Source: a virus (Duplodnaviria > Caudoviricetes). From it: a DNA stretch of 61,432 nt. The notes below the pieces were generated by a model. That model was not told the origin of the DNA. It was given only the letters and a program-made list of their open reading frames with translations, and did not search any database. The position numbers were made by a program, and so were the translations under genes. Shown one piece after another: positions 9,901 through 19,095 of the stretch; position 1 is the first letter of the stretch; every line of letters starts with the position of its first letter. The stretch covers positions 1 through 61,432 of IMG/VR virus record IMGVR_UViG_3300031933_000107; one strand, 5' to 3'.

Positions 9901-12900
9901 GATCTCAAATTTCATGGCCGGCTGTTCATTCGCACTTTTTTCGAGGTGCGCGTTAACCGGCGCTATGATCTCGGAAACCTCAGACGCGCCCCGGTGGATA
10001 GTCATGCGCTTGTCGATCTCAACCAGCATCCATGAGCCAGACACCATTTCTTCGCCTTCACGATAGGTGCCGCTCGCTTTCTCTACGCGCCCGATCCGAT
10101 CCCACTGGCTGCGATCAACACCGGTCAGCAGCTCAACCTTGTCAGCGAATGACTGAAGGGAGTAGATGCGCTTATCACGAATTGCTTGGATGAATTTATC
10201 GGAGCCAATCTCATCAACCATATTCAGCAGATCACGCGCCTGCTTGACCTGATCCACCCAACGTTTGAGCTTGTACCCAATGCGCGGTTTGTTCGGCACC
10301 ATGTTACGGGCAGTGTGGTAAATGGCCGCACTGACAGGATCTTCAATCTTGTCGATCTCGTTCTTCGGCCATAGCTTTGACAGGGTACTGGACGCGATTT
10401 GCTCATCATCCATGTTCGCCAGACGCTCACGCGCCGTGCGCAATTCATCCTTTCGGGCACGGCCCAGCTTTTCGCCAACGTCCTCAATGACTGCAGGCTC
10501 AGTCGGTTCAGGGGCATTTGTAAGCTCGGCCTGCTGTGTTGCTGGTTGCTCTGCGCGCGACGTAGCACCCAGCCCAAACATATCATTCTGGCCACGGGAT
10601 GCTGCTACATCGGCAGTACGGTCCGAGCCAGTCAGGGTGAAATCGTTTACTTCGGCATCAGCTTGGGCTTTCTGTTCGGCTTCACGTTGGGCGCGTGCCT
10701 CAGCCTCTTCGACTGCAGTGCGGGTATCCGCCTGTGCCTGAAGATCTGATTCAGTGTATGACGATAGGAGGGGTTCGGGGTCAGGATCTACTGATCCCCA
10801 GATTTCTGCGGCTTGCTCTGGTGTGAAGGGTCGGCTTGCTGTGAGCGTTGCTTCAAGATTATCGCTGCCGCTTTCCTGACTTTCTCCGGCCTGAGTGCCG
10901 GACGCTTCTCTCGATTGGTTGATTGCATCATTCAGCTCCACAAGTGCGATAACAGGGTCATCGCTGTACTGTTCAAGTATGGCATCAATAACGGGTGCTG
11001 GCACGCCTTGCTCAAGAGCGTTTGCGTAGGCCTCACCGGCCCATGCCTCATCACTGGTGATATCATCAGCCAGCGGCTCATGCTCCTGCTGAAGCTGCGC
11101 CTCGGCGGCCGCTTCCTTCTCGGCCAGTGCTTCGTAGCCCTCCGGGGTCATGATCTTCGCATTGCCGTTAATGGCCTGATCCAGTTTGGTGCGCAAGTCA
11201 TCCAGGCGGTCAGCACGCGGATCAAGGTATCCATACTGAGCCAGACGTTCGGCCATGCCGTCGAAGCTGTCGCCTTTCTGACGCGGGAACACATACCGGA
11301 TACCGCCAGCCTGTCGGCCAAAATTCGCCGGATCGATACCTTCTGCTTCCGCCTCTGCCCGATCAATGCCGCCCATTAGTGCAATGGCATCCAGCATGTC
11401 ATCGTTGACAGTGTCAGGCTCACGGAACATGCGGCTCTTGGCCTGCTCTGACTTTGCCTGTGTCGCTTCCGTCGCTTGGGCTTCTGCCTGATCACGGGCC
11501 TGGGTATCGATCTGCACGGCAAAGCCGCCGTCTACCGGCACTACCTCGGCAAACTCGGCATTCTGCTTGTAGGGCATGGAGCGCTTGGCTGCAACTTCAC
11601 TGGCAAACGGGGTGCCGTCTGACTTCATGCGCAGTTCAGGCGCAATACTCTGAATAGCTGTAGGCGCGCCAGTGGCTGCTACTGCTCCACCATCCTGTTC
11701 GGAGCTCGGGAATTTATTCACCAGTGGTAACAGGTCGCGGATCGGTGCCTGTAGCTGGATAGCCTTAACCGGTTTGCCCTGCTCTCTTTTGGCCATCCAT
11801 TGGTGGTGACCGTCAATGACATAGCCATCTGAGGAGATCAGGATGGAGCGCTCACCGCCTTTGTACTGGCGAGCTTTGTCTACTTTTCCCGGGGCAAACT
11901 CCTGCTGTGTCGGCTTCAGCTGGACCGGATCGATTTCGACTTGCTTATGCTCTACACCCTTGGCATTCAGGAAATTGACCAGCGCACCACGGTGTTCAGC
12001 TTTTACCTGAGGCATTTGCGCACGCGGTACGCTCAGCGTTCCGGACTGAGGCGCGAACTCTGTCCATTCAGCGTCGATAGGCTGCCCGGCCAACTGGGGA
12101 TCAAGGTCAGACTGCATATTCTGAGTGACCGGCAGCGTGCCAGCATTCACCTGCTGCTTCAGCTTTGGCAATGCCTTGATCAGCTGCTTCTGCTCATCGG
12201 TACGGCTGGCTGGCTTGGTGGTGACTGCCTCACGGAACTGGCGCGTCAGATCAATCATCTCGCCTTGGGTGATCGTCTTGCGGTTCTCCAGACGCAGAGT
12301 ATCGGCGCCTGCCTGACGCTCGACCACGTTGCGACCCACGCCTTCATATTCAGTTGGTGTCGGCGTGAAGGTGCGCTCTGGGCTCTCACGACCCATATCC
12401 ATCTGGCCAGTGCCTTCCGGCAGCGCACCCATGCGGTTGTCTTCCAGTTGTGCCGGGCGCTGGTACTGGTTCGGCAGCATGCGACCTTCATCCGTGATCG
12501 TGCCGCTCTGGATGAAGTCACCCTCACGCGCTGGATCAGACTGCAACGGGGTTCTTCCCTCCTGACCGTAGCGAGCTGAGAAATCATCGGCAGCACGTTG
12601 TTCACGGGCAGTACGAACGCCTGCCGGCTCCTCGCCGTAGATGATGCCCTGATCGGTCAGTCGATTATCTTGACGCTGTTCCAGCAATCCCGGCGTAGGA
12701 TCGGCCATGCGGCGCGGCTGATCGAAGGTGTTGCCAGTGCGTTCCGGTCCGCCTTGGTACGGCCCGAGATCGCTACCCGTCACCTCTCCGGTCGCCACAT
12801 ACGGAACCGGGAACTGATCGGCAGCGGTACGGATCTGGTCGTTGGTTTCAGTTGCGGACTGGTACAGACGATTACCACGTTCGGCATACTGGCCTGCCAG

Positions 12901-14256
12901 CACCTCATCACCAGCGGCACGCGCTTGATCGGCCTGCTGGAACAATCGGCGGGCAGTAATGAGCTGCGCCGCCTCATCCGTGAAGCCCATGCGCTCAGTG
13001 GTGGCGATCAGTCCATCAAGGCCTTCGTATCCACGGTCAGTCTCGATGCCCCGCTGTGCTGCTGGCTTGTCGTACTGGCTCCAGTCCTGTTGCTCAGGGA
13101 ATTGCACACCAAGGTCAGCGGCAGTCTGTACCGGTGCCATCTGTGCGGCAGCGGCAGAGATCGGGCCATTGCTCGGGTCGGGCCTCTCAACCGGTGCCGG
13201 TGCGGGGTTGTCTGGGGTCGGAGTTGGCTGGACCAGGCCGGAATCAATGTCTCCTGCGCCTTGAACCTGGGGCTTAATCAGTCCGCCGGCCGCACCACCC
13301 ATAACAGCACCGGCCAGCGTGCCCATGACCGCCGCACCGTCTACGTTCTCACTCCAGTCTTTGTCCAAAGCAAGATTCTGCAGGATTTGTTCACTGACGG
13401 ACTGCGGCAGCTCCTCAAACAGACCTTCAACAATCGCGCCTTCAATGATGCGACGGGGCACTGACTTGGCGGGGGTTTGTGCAATCTCTGCAGCTACCTG
13501 TCCCGGCTTTATGCCGGTTGCCATCAGCGTGTCTACATCACCGATACCCAGCTTCTGCGCGACACGGCCACCGAAGTAGCCAAAAAGGGAGCCGAGCGTG
13601 CCGGTCATTGCGGCGTAACCCGATTGCTCAGGCGACAGCAAGCGATCCTCCGTCTGATTTCGGATCTCGGATGCCTGCATACCGGCCATGCTCAAGCCTT
13701 CAAAGAATGAGCCGATTGCAGGGATTGCCTTGCTTCCTTGTTTTCCGGCCTCAGGTAGAAGGTTCTTAACTACGGATCGTGTGGCGCCTGCAGCGCCAAG
13801 CATGTTCGGCAGCGATTCAGTAACCGTGTTGGCAATGAGCGCCGGATTGCTGATAGCGGCACCGAACTTTTCGCCAACACCTTCAGCCTCTGCAAACTCA
13901 GCCTGAGACTGCTTGTGCTGATCGGTATGGAATTGATCGAGATAATCCTTTGCCTGGTGCGGACGGAATCCTGCAATACCGCCTTCGTTCTCCAGAAATT
14001 TGCCGACACGGCCGCCAGTGGGGATGTCTGCCAGGCCAACAATGGATTCAGGCACCGCGATGGCGCCTTTGAGTGCAGAGATACCAAGATCCTTGGCATG
14101 GCCGATAAAACCACGCCCCTCTTCGGTTTGTGGCTGCGGCTGCTGCTTGAAACCGGCAGGCCCCTGCGCAATACCAGTGCTACTCCAGTCCATTTCCCAC
14201 GGTGCCTGAGTACTCTCCTGCTTGCTCCAGTCCATTTCCCAAGGCTTATCAGACAT
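3991..14256 (-). CDS. Giant polyvalent protein (~3421 aa): ParB-like, LPD5-, LPD1-, zincin MPTase-, LPD3- and LPD38-like domains; probably virion-packaged and ejected
   Basis: Motifs LKPTQ..ILISSDGYVIDGHHQW; IEDVGEKLGRARKD; FGFRGAEFGNWV..LAHEWFHALD..ERAARSFE; VLHEALGHYGLR; IIISKKGVKH..DGKRYYDH; WERDAYWH..IPKPFEIG. Confidence 0.85.
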   Translation of the reverse strand: MSDKPWEMDWSKQESTQAPWEMDWSSTGIAQGPAGFKQQPQPQTEEGRGFIGHAKDLGISALKGAIAVPESIVGLADIPTGGRVGKFLENEGGIAGFRPHQAKDYLDQFHTDQHKQSQAEFAEAEGVGEKFGAAISNPALIANTVTESLPNMLGAAGATRSVVKNLLPEAGKQGSKAIPAIGSFFEGLSMAGMQASEIRNQTEDRLLSPEQSGYAAMTGTLGSLFGYFGGRVAQKLGIGDVDTLMATGIKPGQVAAEIAQTPAKSVPRRIIEGAIVEGLFEELPQSVSEQILQNLALDKDWSENVDGAAVMGTLAGAVMGGAAGGLIKPQVQGAGDIDSGLVQPTPTPDNPAPAPVERPDPSNGPISAAAAQMAPVQTAADLGVQFPEQQDWSQYDKPAAQRGIETDRGYEGLDGLIATTERMGFTDEAAQLITARRLFQQADQARAAGDEVLAGQYAERGNRLYQSATETNDQIRTAADQFPVPYVATGEVTGSDLGPYQGGPERTGNTFDQPRRMADPTPGLLEQRQDNRLTDQGIIYGEEPAGVRTAREQRAADDFSARYGQEGRTPLQSDPAREGDFIQSGTITDEGRMLPNQYQRPAQLEDNRMGALPEGTGQMDMGRESPERTFTPTPTEYEGVGRNVVERQAGADTLRLENRKTITQGEMIDLTRQFREAVTTKPASRTDEQKQLIKALPKLKQQVNAGTLPVTQNMQSDLDPQLAGQPIDAEWTEFAPQSGTLSVPRAQMPQVKAEHRGALVNFLNAKGVEHKQVEIDPVQLKPTQQEFAPGKVDKARQYKGGERSILISSDGYVIDGHHQWMAKREQGKPVKAIQLQAPIRDLLPLVNKFPSSEQDGGAVAATGAPTAIQSIAPELRMKSDGTPFASEVAAKRSMPYKQNAEFAEVVPVDGGFAVQIDTQARDQAEAQATEATQAKSEQAKSRMFREPDTVNDDMLDAIALMGGIDRAEAEAEGIDPANFGRQAGGIRYVFPRQKGDSFDGMAERLAQYGYLDPRADRLDDLRTKLDQAINGNAKIMTPEGYEALAEKEAAAEAQLQQEHEPLADDITSDEAWAGEAYANALEQGVPAPVIDAILEQYSDDPVIALVELNDAINQSREASGTQAGESQESGSDNLEATLTASRPFTPEQAAEIWGSVDPDPEPLLSSYTESDLQAQADTRTAVEEAEARAQREAEQKAQADAEVNDFTLTGSDRTADVAASRGQNDMFGLGATSRAEQPATQQAELTNAPEPTEPAVIEDVGEKLGRARKDELRTARERLANMDDEQIASSTLSKLWPKNEIDKIEDPVSAAIYHTARNMVPNKPRIGYKLKRWVDQVKQARDLLNMVDEIGSDKFIQAIRDKRIYSLQSFADKVELLTGVDRSQWDRIGRVEKASGTYREGEEMVSGSWMLVEIDKRMTIHRGASEVSEIIAPVNAHLEKSANEQPAMKFEIRHDRRHTVYQINKTGDNEQRPLKTFDTLKEARDYLRNNNADLVEAWEAVKQRDNVTKADMRGDKNRERTGQDYRNGRDVTADEFIETFGFRGAEFGNWVKQGKAGQERQGLLNDAYDAFMDLANVLELPPKALSFDGRLGIGFGSRGKGGRASAHFEPDLTVINLTKTKGAGSLAHEWFHALDNYFSRKRGDIEFTGDQKSYREGAFVTYRPEPMMAYKPSMKGGRAPYLITKAEYNRRKERGMGFEESQWVADPEHPKGIRPEVEKVFAELVNTLNASPMLTRAQVIDKGKADGYWSQIIERAARSFETHIIAKLAQQGYRNDFLANVTSFEKFKRDPGRYPYLKPDEQGPVSEAFDKLFSTIETKPAADGNVVMFSRRTEDNSVDPEYTPGKANPFWEGLNNGALRRGSGNSRLVQKKWVEENLTAGHRYDRGRVQVISGRGGSGTEGIIFDKGLAGFNEIFTRGRQSTTADGENVFTLTVTPAELIGNGSSDRAEVLTITLTERRPNEYEVGVFGPVEGSAAAQALAGTEYLSDTGATNQQGLKYLKLNIGNAATKSFLSEAVRRLAMHNGKAPDAVLYSARDTGARAGDQTVRKFDRNIIESKFSRETEADSFDSMVPNDIGSPISRDQVEITATRITANWTNAPEMVTVATDRDLPADMQERIDKQNARGKIDGVFHKGRFYLIADKIRTEADVERIVLHEALGHYGLRQLYGPAFGMHMDRLFNRVGGYPGIQRLGKKYGFDLSGYWENAGDMSLAERREMMADELIAHIAGTGTVQPDLIQQIAHLIRKGLRKIMAGTRFAERLDQMTDVEVLRIVAAARKAVVEGESRITVLTHDPRFVRDFETIVYGDTRFSRVPDDAPVIETDGGPIAKGKTLREMSNRALLFANKFANRTVTNRDHGDEIIISKKGVKHTLRGAQADLVKSVAVTPEILERGVYLGSEADKRGDANILATHFYGIKVSVDGRVHDIVAVVKEHNDGKRYYDHSIEKKEEGVLTGKSNVPRTPSTEMDITTSTDSIEDDQNVRFSRTATAEQFDDLSDPQSSFLNKIGPKTTKERIRDRIAGVVDNIGLKTRQGMVDRYASLLELDKKAQGADVVENRTRFSSWVLSKMSHAADGALSAMLTHGRIQYADGVIDLKEGDNKGLLDVLKTLGSTAEIERFMGWIAANRSKSIMERAQAARDRAAAVKAEKANLQDMLKEPDLPPLKIRQINKAIKDADTVINRELDAAAVDERLFTPEEVAAGVELNQGETKEGKERSTLYKQVFAQFQQHRDDVLAIAEEAGIITPDNRQMWRDEFYVPFYRVMEEEGTKGPHISKGLSRQEAYKRLKGGTQEVNDLLENTLMNFQHLLSASLKNNAARQALENAEMVGIATRTTEAGRNKKSSTYVLDRGEKVWYDIEDDLVFESLSALSDIGSNTMSRRIMRSFKRTFTSFTTISPQFVVANTLRDALQSIAIGNMSYNAFGNVFKGAKAYGGPNSKGRTRGEMLASGAAFSFGHIYGAGDVDALKAGIQRQIKGARSIDSPKDVVHLWRAVWDQYTGYGDTMENSNRAAIYQQNLEKGKLYAAFQARDLMDFSSQGAWPAVKFLTDVVPFLNARLVGLDRLYRGGIKPSFNVLKHMMGGPESSITDRQAAQRFAIVVGSLTAATIALYLANADDERFKELEEWERDAYWHVWVGDQHFTIPKPFEIGAIATMAERSLEQMVDDTKDGKLFAERLGHILTDTFAFNPIPQAAKPMFDLYANKDSFTGRDIESLSMLRLSSEYRTRANTTDLAKWLAAATRGTTGQLSDNLVLSPVQVDFLIQGYLGWVGGMGASTVDVISKAAKGEERPDRAWYEYQPIRRFYRNDALPKSFTRYGTEFYDRLREVNMVYADIQNLRKLGEFEAAAGLMNANRGTLRYRQLMNKTQQQLSKINAQIKLAQANKSLSPEAKRARIDILTAQRNRLTQGVIERLEQKAG

Positions 14257-15944
14257 CAGGCTTCCTCCCAATTGCTTTTGTCATATGGGTCGCCGCCCAA
14301 GAAGCGCCGACCCTTAACAACGGTACCTGGCGGAGGGCCGCCCTGTGTTTGCTGCATGCCGCCCAGTACCCGATTTGTTGCAGGATCAACAGCTACCCGC
14401 ACGGTTGTTGGGTCACCCATACTGTTCTGAATTACCTGATCCACCATCACGTAGTCGTCTTGAACCTTTCGGTTGCTATTGCTTCCGTTCAGGATCTGCA
14501 ACTGCTCGGCAATGGCACTGCGCTGTTCGGGGGTCTCTGCTGCGGTGTACGCTTCTCTCAGTGCTTCAAGGCGCTCGTTCTGTCGAATCTGGAAGCCTTG
14601 CGCATACTGATCGCCAGCCAGTCGTTCGGTATCCAGAGCAAGACGCGCACCATCACGGCGGTCCTGCCCGGCTTGACTTATGGCAGTTTGATTCAGCATT
14701 CCATCGTTGCGCAGTACCTGCTGGTCAAAACCACTTCGCTCGCCACTCATGTTCCCGGCCAGCTTATCCAGCGATCCTCGTTGGCTGGCAGTTAACTGTC
14801 CGTTTTGCGAACCTCTCATTGCAGTTGTGGCCTGGCGGAAGATTTCACGCTCAACCTGTTTTTCAAATTCAGATTTTGGGGCACGCTGCGGCGCCTGGCG
14901 GGAAGCAAACCCGATAGCGGGGGCTTGCTGCTGTAGCTGCCGGGGCGCCATTGGCGGATTAACTGCAGCGGCGAGCTGCTTCATACTTTCGGACGGAACG
15001 ACATTCACGCTGCTTGAGAAAGGTTTTCCGTTCAGAGTTGCGCCCGCACCAACATTCCGCCCGGAGAAAGACTTGTTGCCTTCCTCGTTGATAGTCATGC
15101 GGATATCATTTTCCAGCGGTGCATCTTGAGCCGTAGAAGTCGGCGTGGCTTCCGTTCCGGTTTTGCCTGCTGCCTGGCTCTCGGTCTTGGTATCATTCTT
15201 GGCACCAGCTTCTTCGATCGCAGTTTCAGCAACGGGTGTGGTTTGGCCTTCCGGCGTAACGGCTGCAGGCTTTTTGAGAGCCTGCGCGTCCAGGGCATCG
15301 AGCTGGGTGTTAAGCGCATCAAGCTCGGCGTCCCGTGGGGCAGATTGACCGGTTAACGGCCCCGTGCCAACAGCAGGCTTTGCCTTTTCCGCTCCGGTAC
15401 CAGACAGTACAGCAGACTTCGCCTTATCCACGACAAAGCCCAGCCCGTCACTGACCGCACCCGTCACAGCGCTGGTCGCATCGGTAGCAGCATTAATGCG
15501 CCCCTGTAGCTTACTGAATGCGCGATCTTGATCTCGGGTTGGGCCGCCCTCAACGGATTCAGGATCACCGCCAGCCCAGCCGATAACAGCATTTCGCACA
15601 CTGTCAGCAGGCTTCGCAACAAGTGCACCGACCGTATCAAGGGCCGTCGCAGCCAACGGATTAATCAGGCCACTTTTGAAGCCCTTGTTCTCAGTCTCTT
15701 GCGTGGCTTGTGGTTCGTATGCAGCGGTCACGGCTTGAGGTGCTGCGTTCGTATTGGGTTGCTGGCTCATTGCCAGGCTGATGCTGTCAGGCTTGGGCCA
15801 TCGTCCCATTTGATCAACACCGGCCATCTCCTCGGACGGCTGGAGTTTCTTCTTGGGTGCGGGGGCGAGCTGCTGCTGTTGAGGCTGGAATCCTGCTGCG
15901 CCGCTATTGCGCAGCCGCTCCAGTTCTTCCGGGGATTGTGCCAT
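14256..15944 (-). CDS. Putative internal virion/ejection protein
   Basis: 562-aa Ala/Gln-rich low-complexity ORF coupled to the giant gene and preceded by the late motif. Confidence 0.6.
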   Translation of the reverse strand: MAQSPEELERLRNSGAAGFQPQQQQLAPAPKKKLQPSEEMAGVDQMGRWPKPDSISLAMSQQPNTNAAPQAVTAAYEPQATQETENKGFKSGLINPLAATALDTVGALVAKPADSVRNAVIGWAGGDPESVEGGPTRDQDRAFSKLQGRINAATDATSAVTGAVSDGLGFVVDKAKSAVLSGTGAEKAKPAVGTGPLTGQSAPRDAELDALNTQLDALDAQALKKPAAVTPEGQTTPVAETAIEEAGAKNDTKTESQAAGKTGTEATPTSTAQDAPLENDIRMTINEEGNKSFSGRNVGAGATLNGKPFSSSVNVVPSESMKQLAAAVNPPMAPRQLQQQAPAIGFASRQAPQRAPKSEFEKQVEREIFRQATTAMRGSQNGQLTASQRGSLDKLAGNMSGERSGFDQQVLRNDGMLNQTAISQAGQDRRDGARLALDTERLAGDQYAQGFQIRQNERLEALREAYTAAETPEQRSAIAEQLQILNGSNSNRKVQDDYVMVDQVIQNSMGDPTTVRVAVDPATNRVLGGMQQTQGGPPPGTVVKGRRFLGGDPYDKSNWEEA

Positions 15945-16004
15945 GAAGGGGTACCTGAATCAGTCTGGTCGTTATGGGATATTCCCAGCCGGACTGATTC
16001 AGGG

Positions 16005-16017
16005 CCAACCCTACAGG
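16005..16017 (-). promoter_or_regulatory. Late-promoter motif copy (CCTGTAGGGTTGG on minus strand)
   Basis: Same motif upstream of four late operons. Confidence 0.7.
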
Positions 16018-16026
16018 GTGCGCGGA

Positions 16027-17937
16027 TCAGTAGTTGTAGTTGTGGCTTGTGCTCAGGCTTTCTGAGTTGCTGCGGCTTCGACTGACGCTTGATGAACCGC
16101 TACCGCTAATGCTGGCAGATACGTGCGCGGCCGACATTGCACCTGCTGCCAGCTGTGCCGTGTACTGGCCTACCGCCTTGGCTGCCTCAAGAGCAATCTT
16201 AGCCTCCTCGACTGCCTTCTGCATCTTGGTCTGGTATTCGCTGATCTGCATTTCTGCATACGCGATACTGGTGCGGGTGTTCATATCCGCAAAGCGTGAT
16301 TGCATTTCAGCCTCGGCCACACTTGCGCTCGTAAGCGATTTCCATCCATCAACCTTGGCTGAATAGGCGGAAGTGACTGTCTGTATCTCGGCAAGGCTTG
16401 CCTGCAGTCTGGCCTTGTACGCATCCACATCCGCAAGGAATTTGGATACTTTGGTTCTGGCTGCCTCCATCTTCAGCTGTGCGCCCTTCACCTTGATATC
16501 AGCCTTGCTCGATACTGCTTGAACAGTTGAAGCGTATGCCCTTGATTGCGCTTCATACATGCCAACCTTGGCCGACTCTGCTTTTACCTGTGATTCGTAG
16601 GCGTCAAACTTCACCTTTTCGGCGCCTACTTGCTCCGCGAACGCCTGAATCTCAGTGCGGTAAGCGTCAAACTGATTCTTGATAACCTCTGCTCGCACCT
16701 GTGCGCCGCTCATCATGGCCTTGTAGACCTCGACATTCGATTGCACTGCGCCCAGCTTGGCTTTGAAAACCTCAACCTTCTGCTGGTTGATCTGCCCAAG
16801 TGCCGCCTGCCCCTCAATGGATGTCTTGTAGGCGGTCAGCTTGGCAATGGCGCCGTCCAGTTTCGTTCGGTACACCTGCGCCAGTGTCTCAAACGCCGAG
16901 TTCTGCGCATTGAACAGGCTGATCTGTGCGTTGAACACATTGATCTTGGCTTCGGCCTGGAAGCGGGCAACCTCAAATAGTCGCTTGGCTGTGTTCTCAA
17001 ACAGGTTCATGGTCAGCTGCTCAAGCGCCATGCCCTGCTGTACTGCAAAGCGGATACTCTCGATCTCCCACTTTGCGGCTTCGATCAGAATGTCACGGTT
17101 CAGCTCGGCTGCTTTCAGGCGGCCCTGCTCGCGGAGTGCGCTAACCTGCTTGGCGAGCATACCGGGCGGCATACTGAAGTCGCGGCTTGCCCAGACATCC
17201 ATCGCCTCCTGTACCGCACGCTCGGATTCTGCACTGTCTCGCTCCCTGGCGCGTGAGAACAGTGCATCCTCTACTGCTGCAGGCAAACCGGTGCCGCCAG
17301 CCATCATGTTCTTTACCTGGCTCTGCAGGGCATCAAGCACTTCGGATTTGTACTGCGGTTCAGACCAGTTAATGAACGCATCAGGCACTGTCACGCCATC
17401 AAGTGAGGGCGGCTTGCCGTCAAAGTCCGGCAGTTGCGGAAACTCAAAGGCGGGGATGTTTAACTTCTCCAGCACCTCCATTTCCGGCATCACCAGATCA
17501 GGCGAATCCGGCAGTTCAACATTGGTATCGACATTCGGCTTCTGCGGTACCGGAATGCTCGCCATTGTCGGGGACTGCGGGATGCTGAACGGTACCGGCT
17601 CAGGTGCTGGCGGAACGTCAAGATCACCCACATCAAGGTCAGATATCAGACCGTCAATATCAACCATTACCGGCGCGTCCGGTACCACCAGTGCCGGAAC
17701 ATCAAGCTCAGGCATTCCAGTGAGATCAATGTCGGGGACTGGTGTATCAGGCATCTGCATGGGCGTTGGCGGTGAAACCTCGTCCACACTGATATTGCCG
17801 ATGTTGGTCAGCGATTCCGACAGCTTCGCGTTATAGCGTTCCGCGATCAGGTCGAGATCCTGCAGCTTGTCCGTTACGGTACTGATAGCAGTGCCAAGAA
17901 TACCGTCCGCCTCATAAAGGCTGCTTGGTGCGGTCAT
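16027..17937 (-). CDS. Virion structural protein (Pro-rich N-terminus, long coiled coil)
   Basis: 636-aa ORF in the tail operon. Confidence 0.7.
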   Translation of the reverse strand: MTAPSSLYEADGILGTAISTVTDKLQDLDLIAERYNAKLSESLTNIGNISVDEVSPPTPMQMPDTPVPDIDLTGMPELDVPALVVPDAPVMVDIDGLISDLDVGDLDVPPAPEPVPFSIPQSPTMASIPVPQKPNVDTNVELPDSPDLVMPEMEVLEKLNIPAFEFPQLPDFDGKPPSLDGVTVPDAFINWSEPQYKSEVLDALQSQVKNMMAGGTGLPAAVEDALFSRARERDSAESERAVQEAMDVWASRDFSMPPGMLAKQVSALREQGRLKAAELNRDILIEAAKWEIESIRFAVQQGMALEQLTMNLFENTAKRLFEVARFQAEAKINVFNAQISLFNAQNSAFETLAQVYRTKLDGAIAKLTAYKTSIEGQAALGQINQQKVEVFKAKLGAVQSNVEVYKAMMSGAQVRAEVIKNQFDAYRTEIQAFAEQVGAEKVKFDAYESQVKAESAKVGMYEAQSRAYASTVQAVSSKADIKVKGAQLKMEAARTKVSKFLADVDAYKARLQASLAEIQTVTSAYSAKVDGWKSLTSASVAEAEMQSRFADMNTRTSIAYAEMQISEYQTKMQKAVEEAKIALEAAKAVGQYTAQLAAGAMSAAHVSASISGSGSSSVSRSRSNSESLSTSHNYNY

Positions 17938-19095
17938 TTACACTCTCCTCCTGACCTGTTGCGCCATAACGCTAAGGTCGTTGATATAGCCACGCTGCCC
18001 GAACATCCGCAGCTCAAAAGAAAAATGCCTGCCCCTCAATCCCCTGCCAAACTGGATTCTGCCGTTGGTCAGATGTTCCGCAACTTCATTCGGCAAAGGG
18101 TAGGTGTAGGTGGCTGGCATACCCGTCTGAGTTGTAGTGACACTCATATCGGCCTCGCCTTCCAATTCGTATTCAAGGTAGGCGGCAACGGGGTGGGTCA
18201 ACGGCCCTCCGCTCATATCAATGCGGCCAGTGACAACCTTCGCCTCGATCTGCTCACTACCACCTGACAGCGCAAACACGCCTGCGTCAGACTCGCCGTA
18301 CATAACCCCATCAATCACAACCAGCCGTGTGAACGTGTATGGTGCGTACCGGCTCATTGCCCAGCCATCCACACACGCAGTCCATGCCTGCCCTGCTTCA
18401 GATCCTTCACCCAGAACCTGATCGCCAATCAGAAGCCACTCGCTCACCACGTCTGCGGCGCTCAGGCTGTCTGTAACACCATCGCTCACAGATGCGGTTT
18501 CTGTTACCGCTACCGTTACTGTCGTGCTGGTATCGTCCACACCATCAAGTACAGTTGCAGCGTCTGCAACAACATCAAGCGCCTGCAGGGTTCCTGAAGC
18601 CTGACCAGATGCGCCTGCGGTATCTTCCACAAGATCGGTAGCGGCCTGGTAACTGTAATCTGCAATCCGTGCCTGATCAGTGACTGTTGACTGGCTGGCA
18701 CGATGACCAAGCACCTCATCAGTGATACGGGCCTGATCGGTAATCACTGACCCCGAAAGCTCGATCAAGGCGTCACCGGCAGTCGCAGCATCCGTGTGAA
18801 TCACGACAAGCCTGTGGGTGTACTGATCTGACACCCTGGCTGAATCGGACAGCAAAGCGGCTGATTGCCTGTGATCTATCAATTCATCACCGATAAAGGC
18901 CAACTCAGCTATGACGCCCAGACCGCTATCGAATACTTCGTCACCCATTGTCGCCTGATCGGTATGGATAACGCCGAGCGTGAACAGGGCAACAGCGGTC
19001 GCCTTTGCTGTGCTCTCTGCAATGCTGCGAAGCCCCATCCATGTGCCATCGCTGGCAACGGCTGTCTCCTGGGTGTCGTCCCGGTAGTTACTCAT
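17938..19095 (-). CDS. Virion structural protein with short acidic repeats
   Basis: 385 aa; recurring (T/S)DxAxxxD motifs. Confidence 0.7.
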   Translation of the reverse strand: MSNYRDDTQETAVASDGTWMGLRSIAESTAKATAVALFTLGVIHTDQATMGDEVFDSGLGVIAELAFIGDELIDHRQSAALLSDSARVSDQYTHRLVVIHTDAATAGDALIELSGSVITDQARITDEVLGHRASQSTVTDQARIADYSYQAATDLVEDTAGASGQASGTLQALDVVADAATVLDGVDDTSTTVTVAVTETASVSDGVTDSLSAADVVSEWLLIGDQVLGEGSEAGQAWTACVDGWAMSRYAPYTFTRLVVIDGVMYGESDAGVFALSGGSEQIEAKVVTGRIDMSGGPLTHPVAAYLEYELEGEADMSVTTTQTGMPATYTYPLPNEVAEHLTNGRIQFGRGLRGRHFSFELRMFGQRGYINDLSVMAQQVRRRV

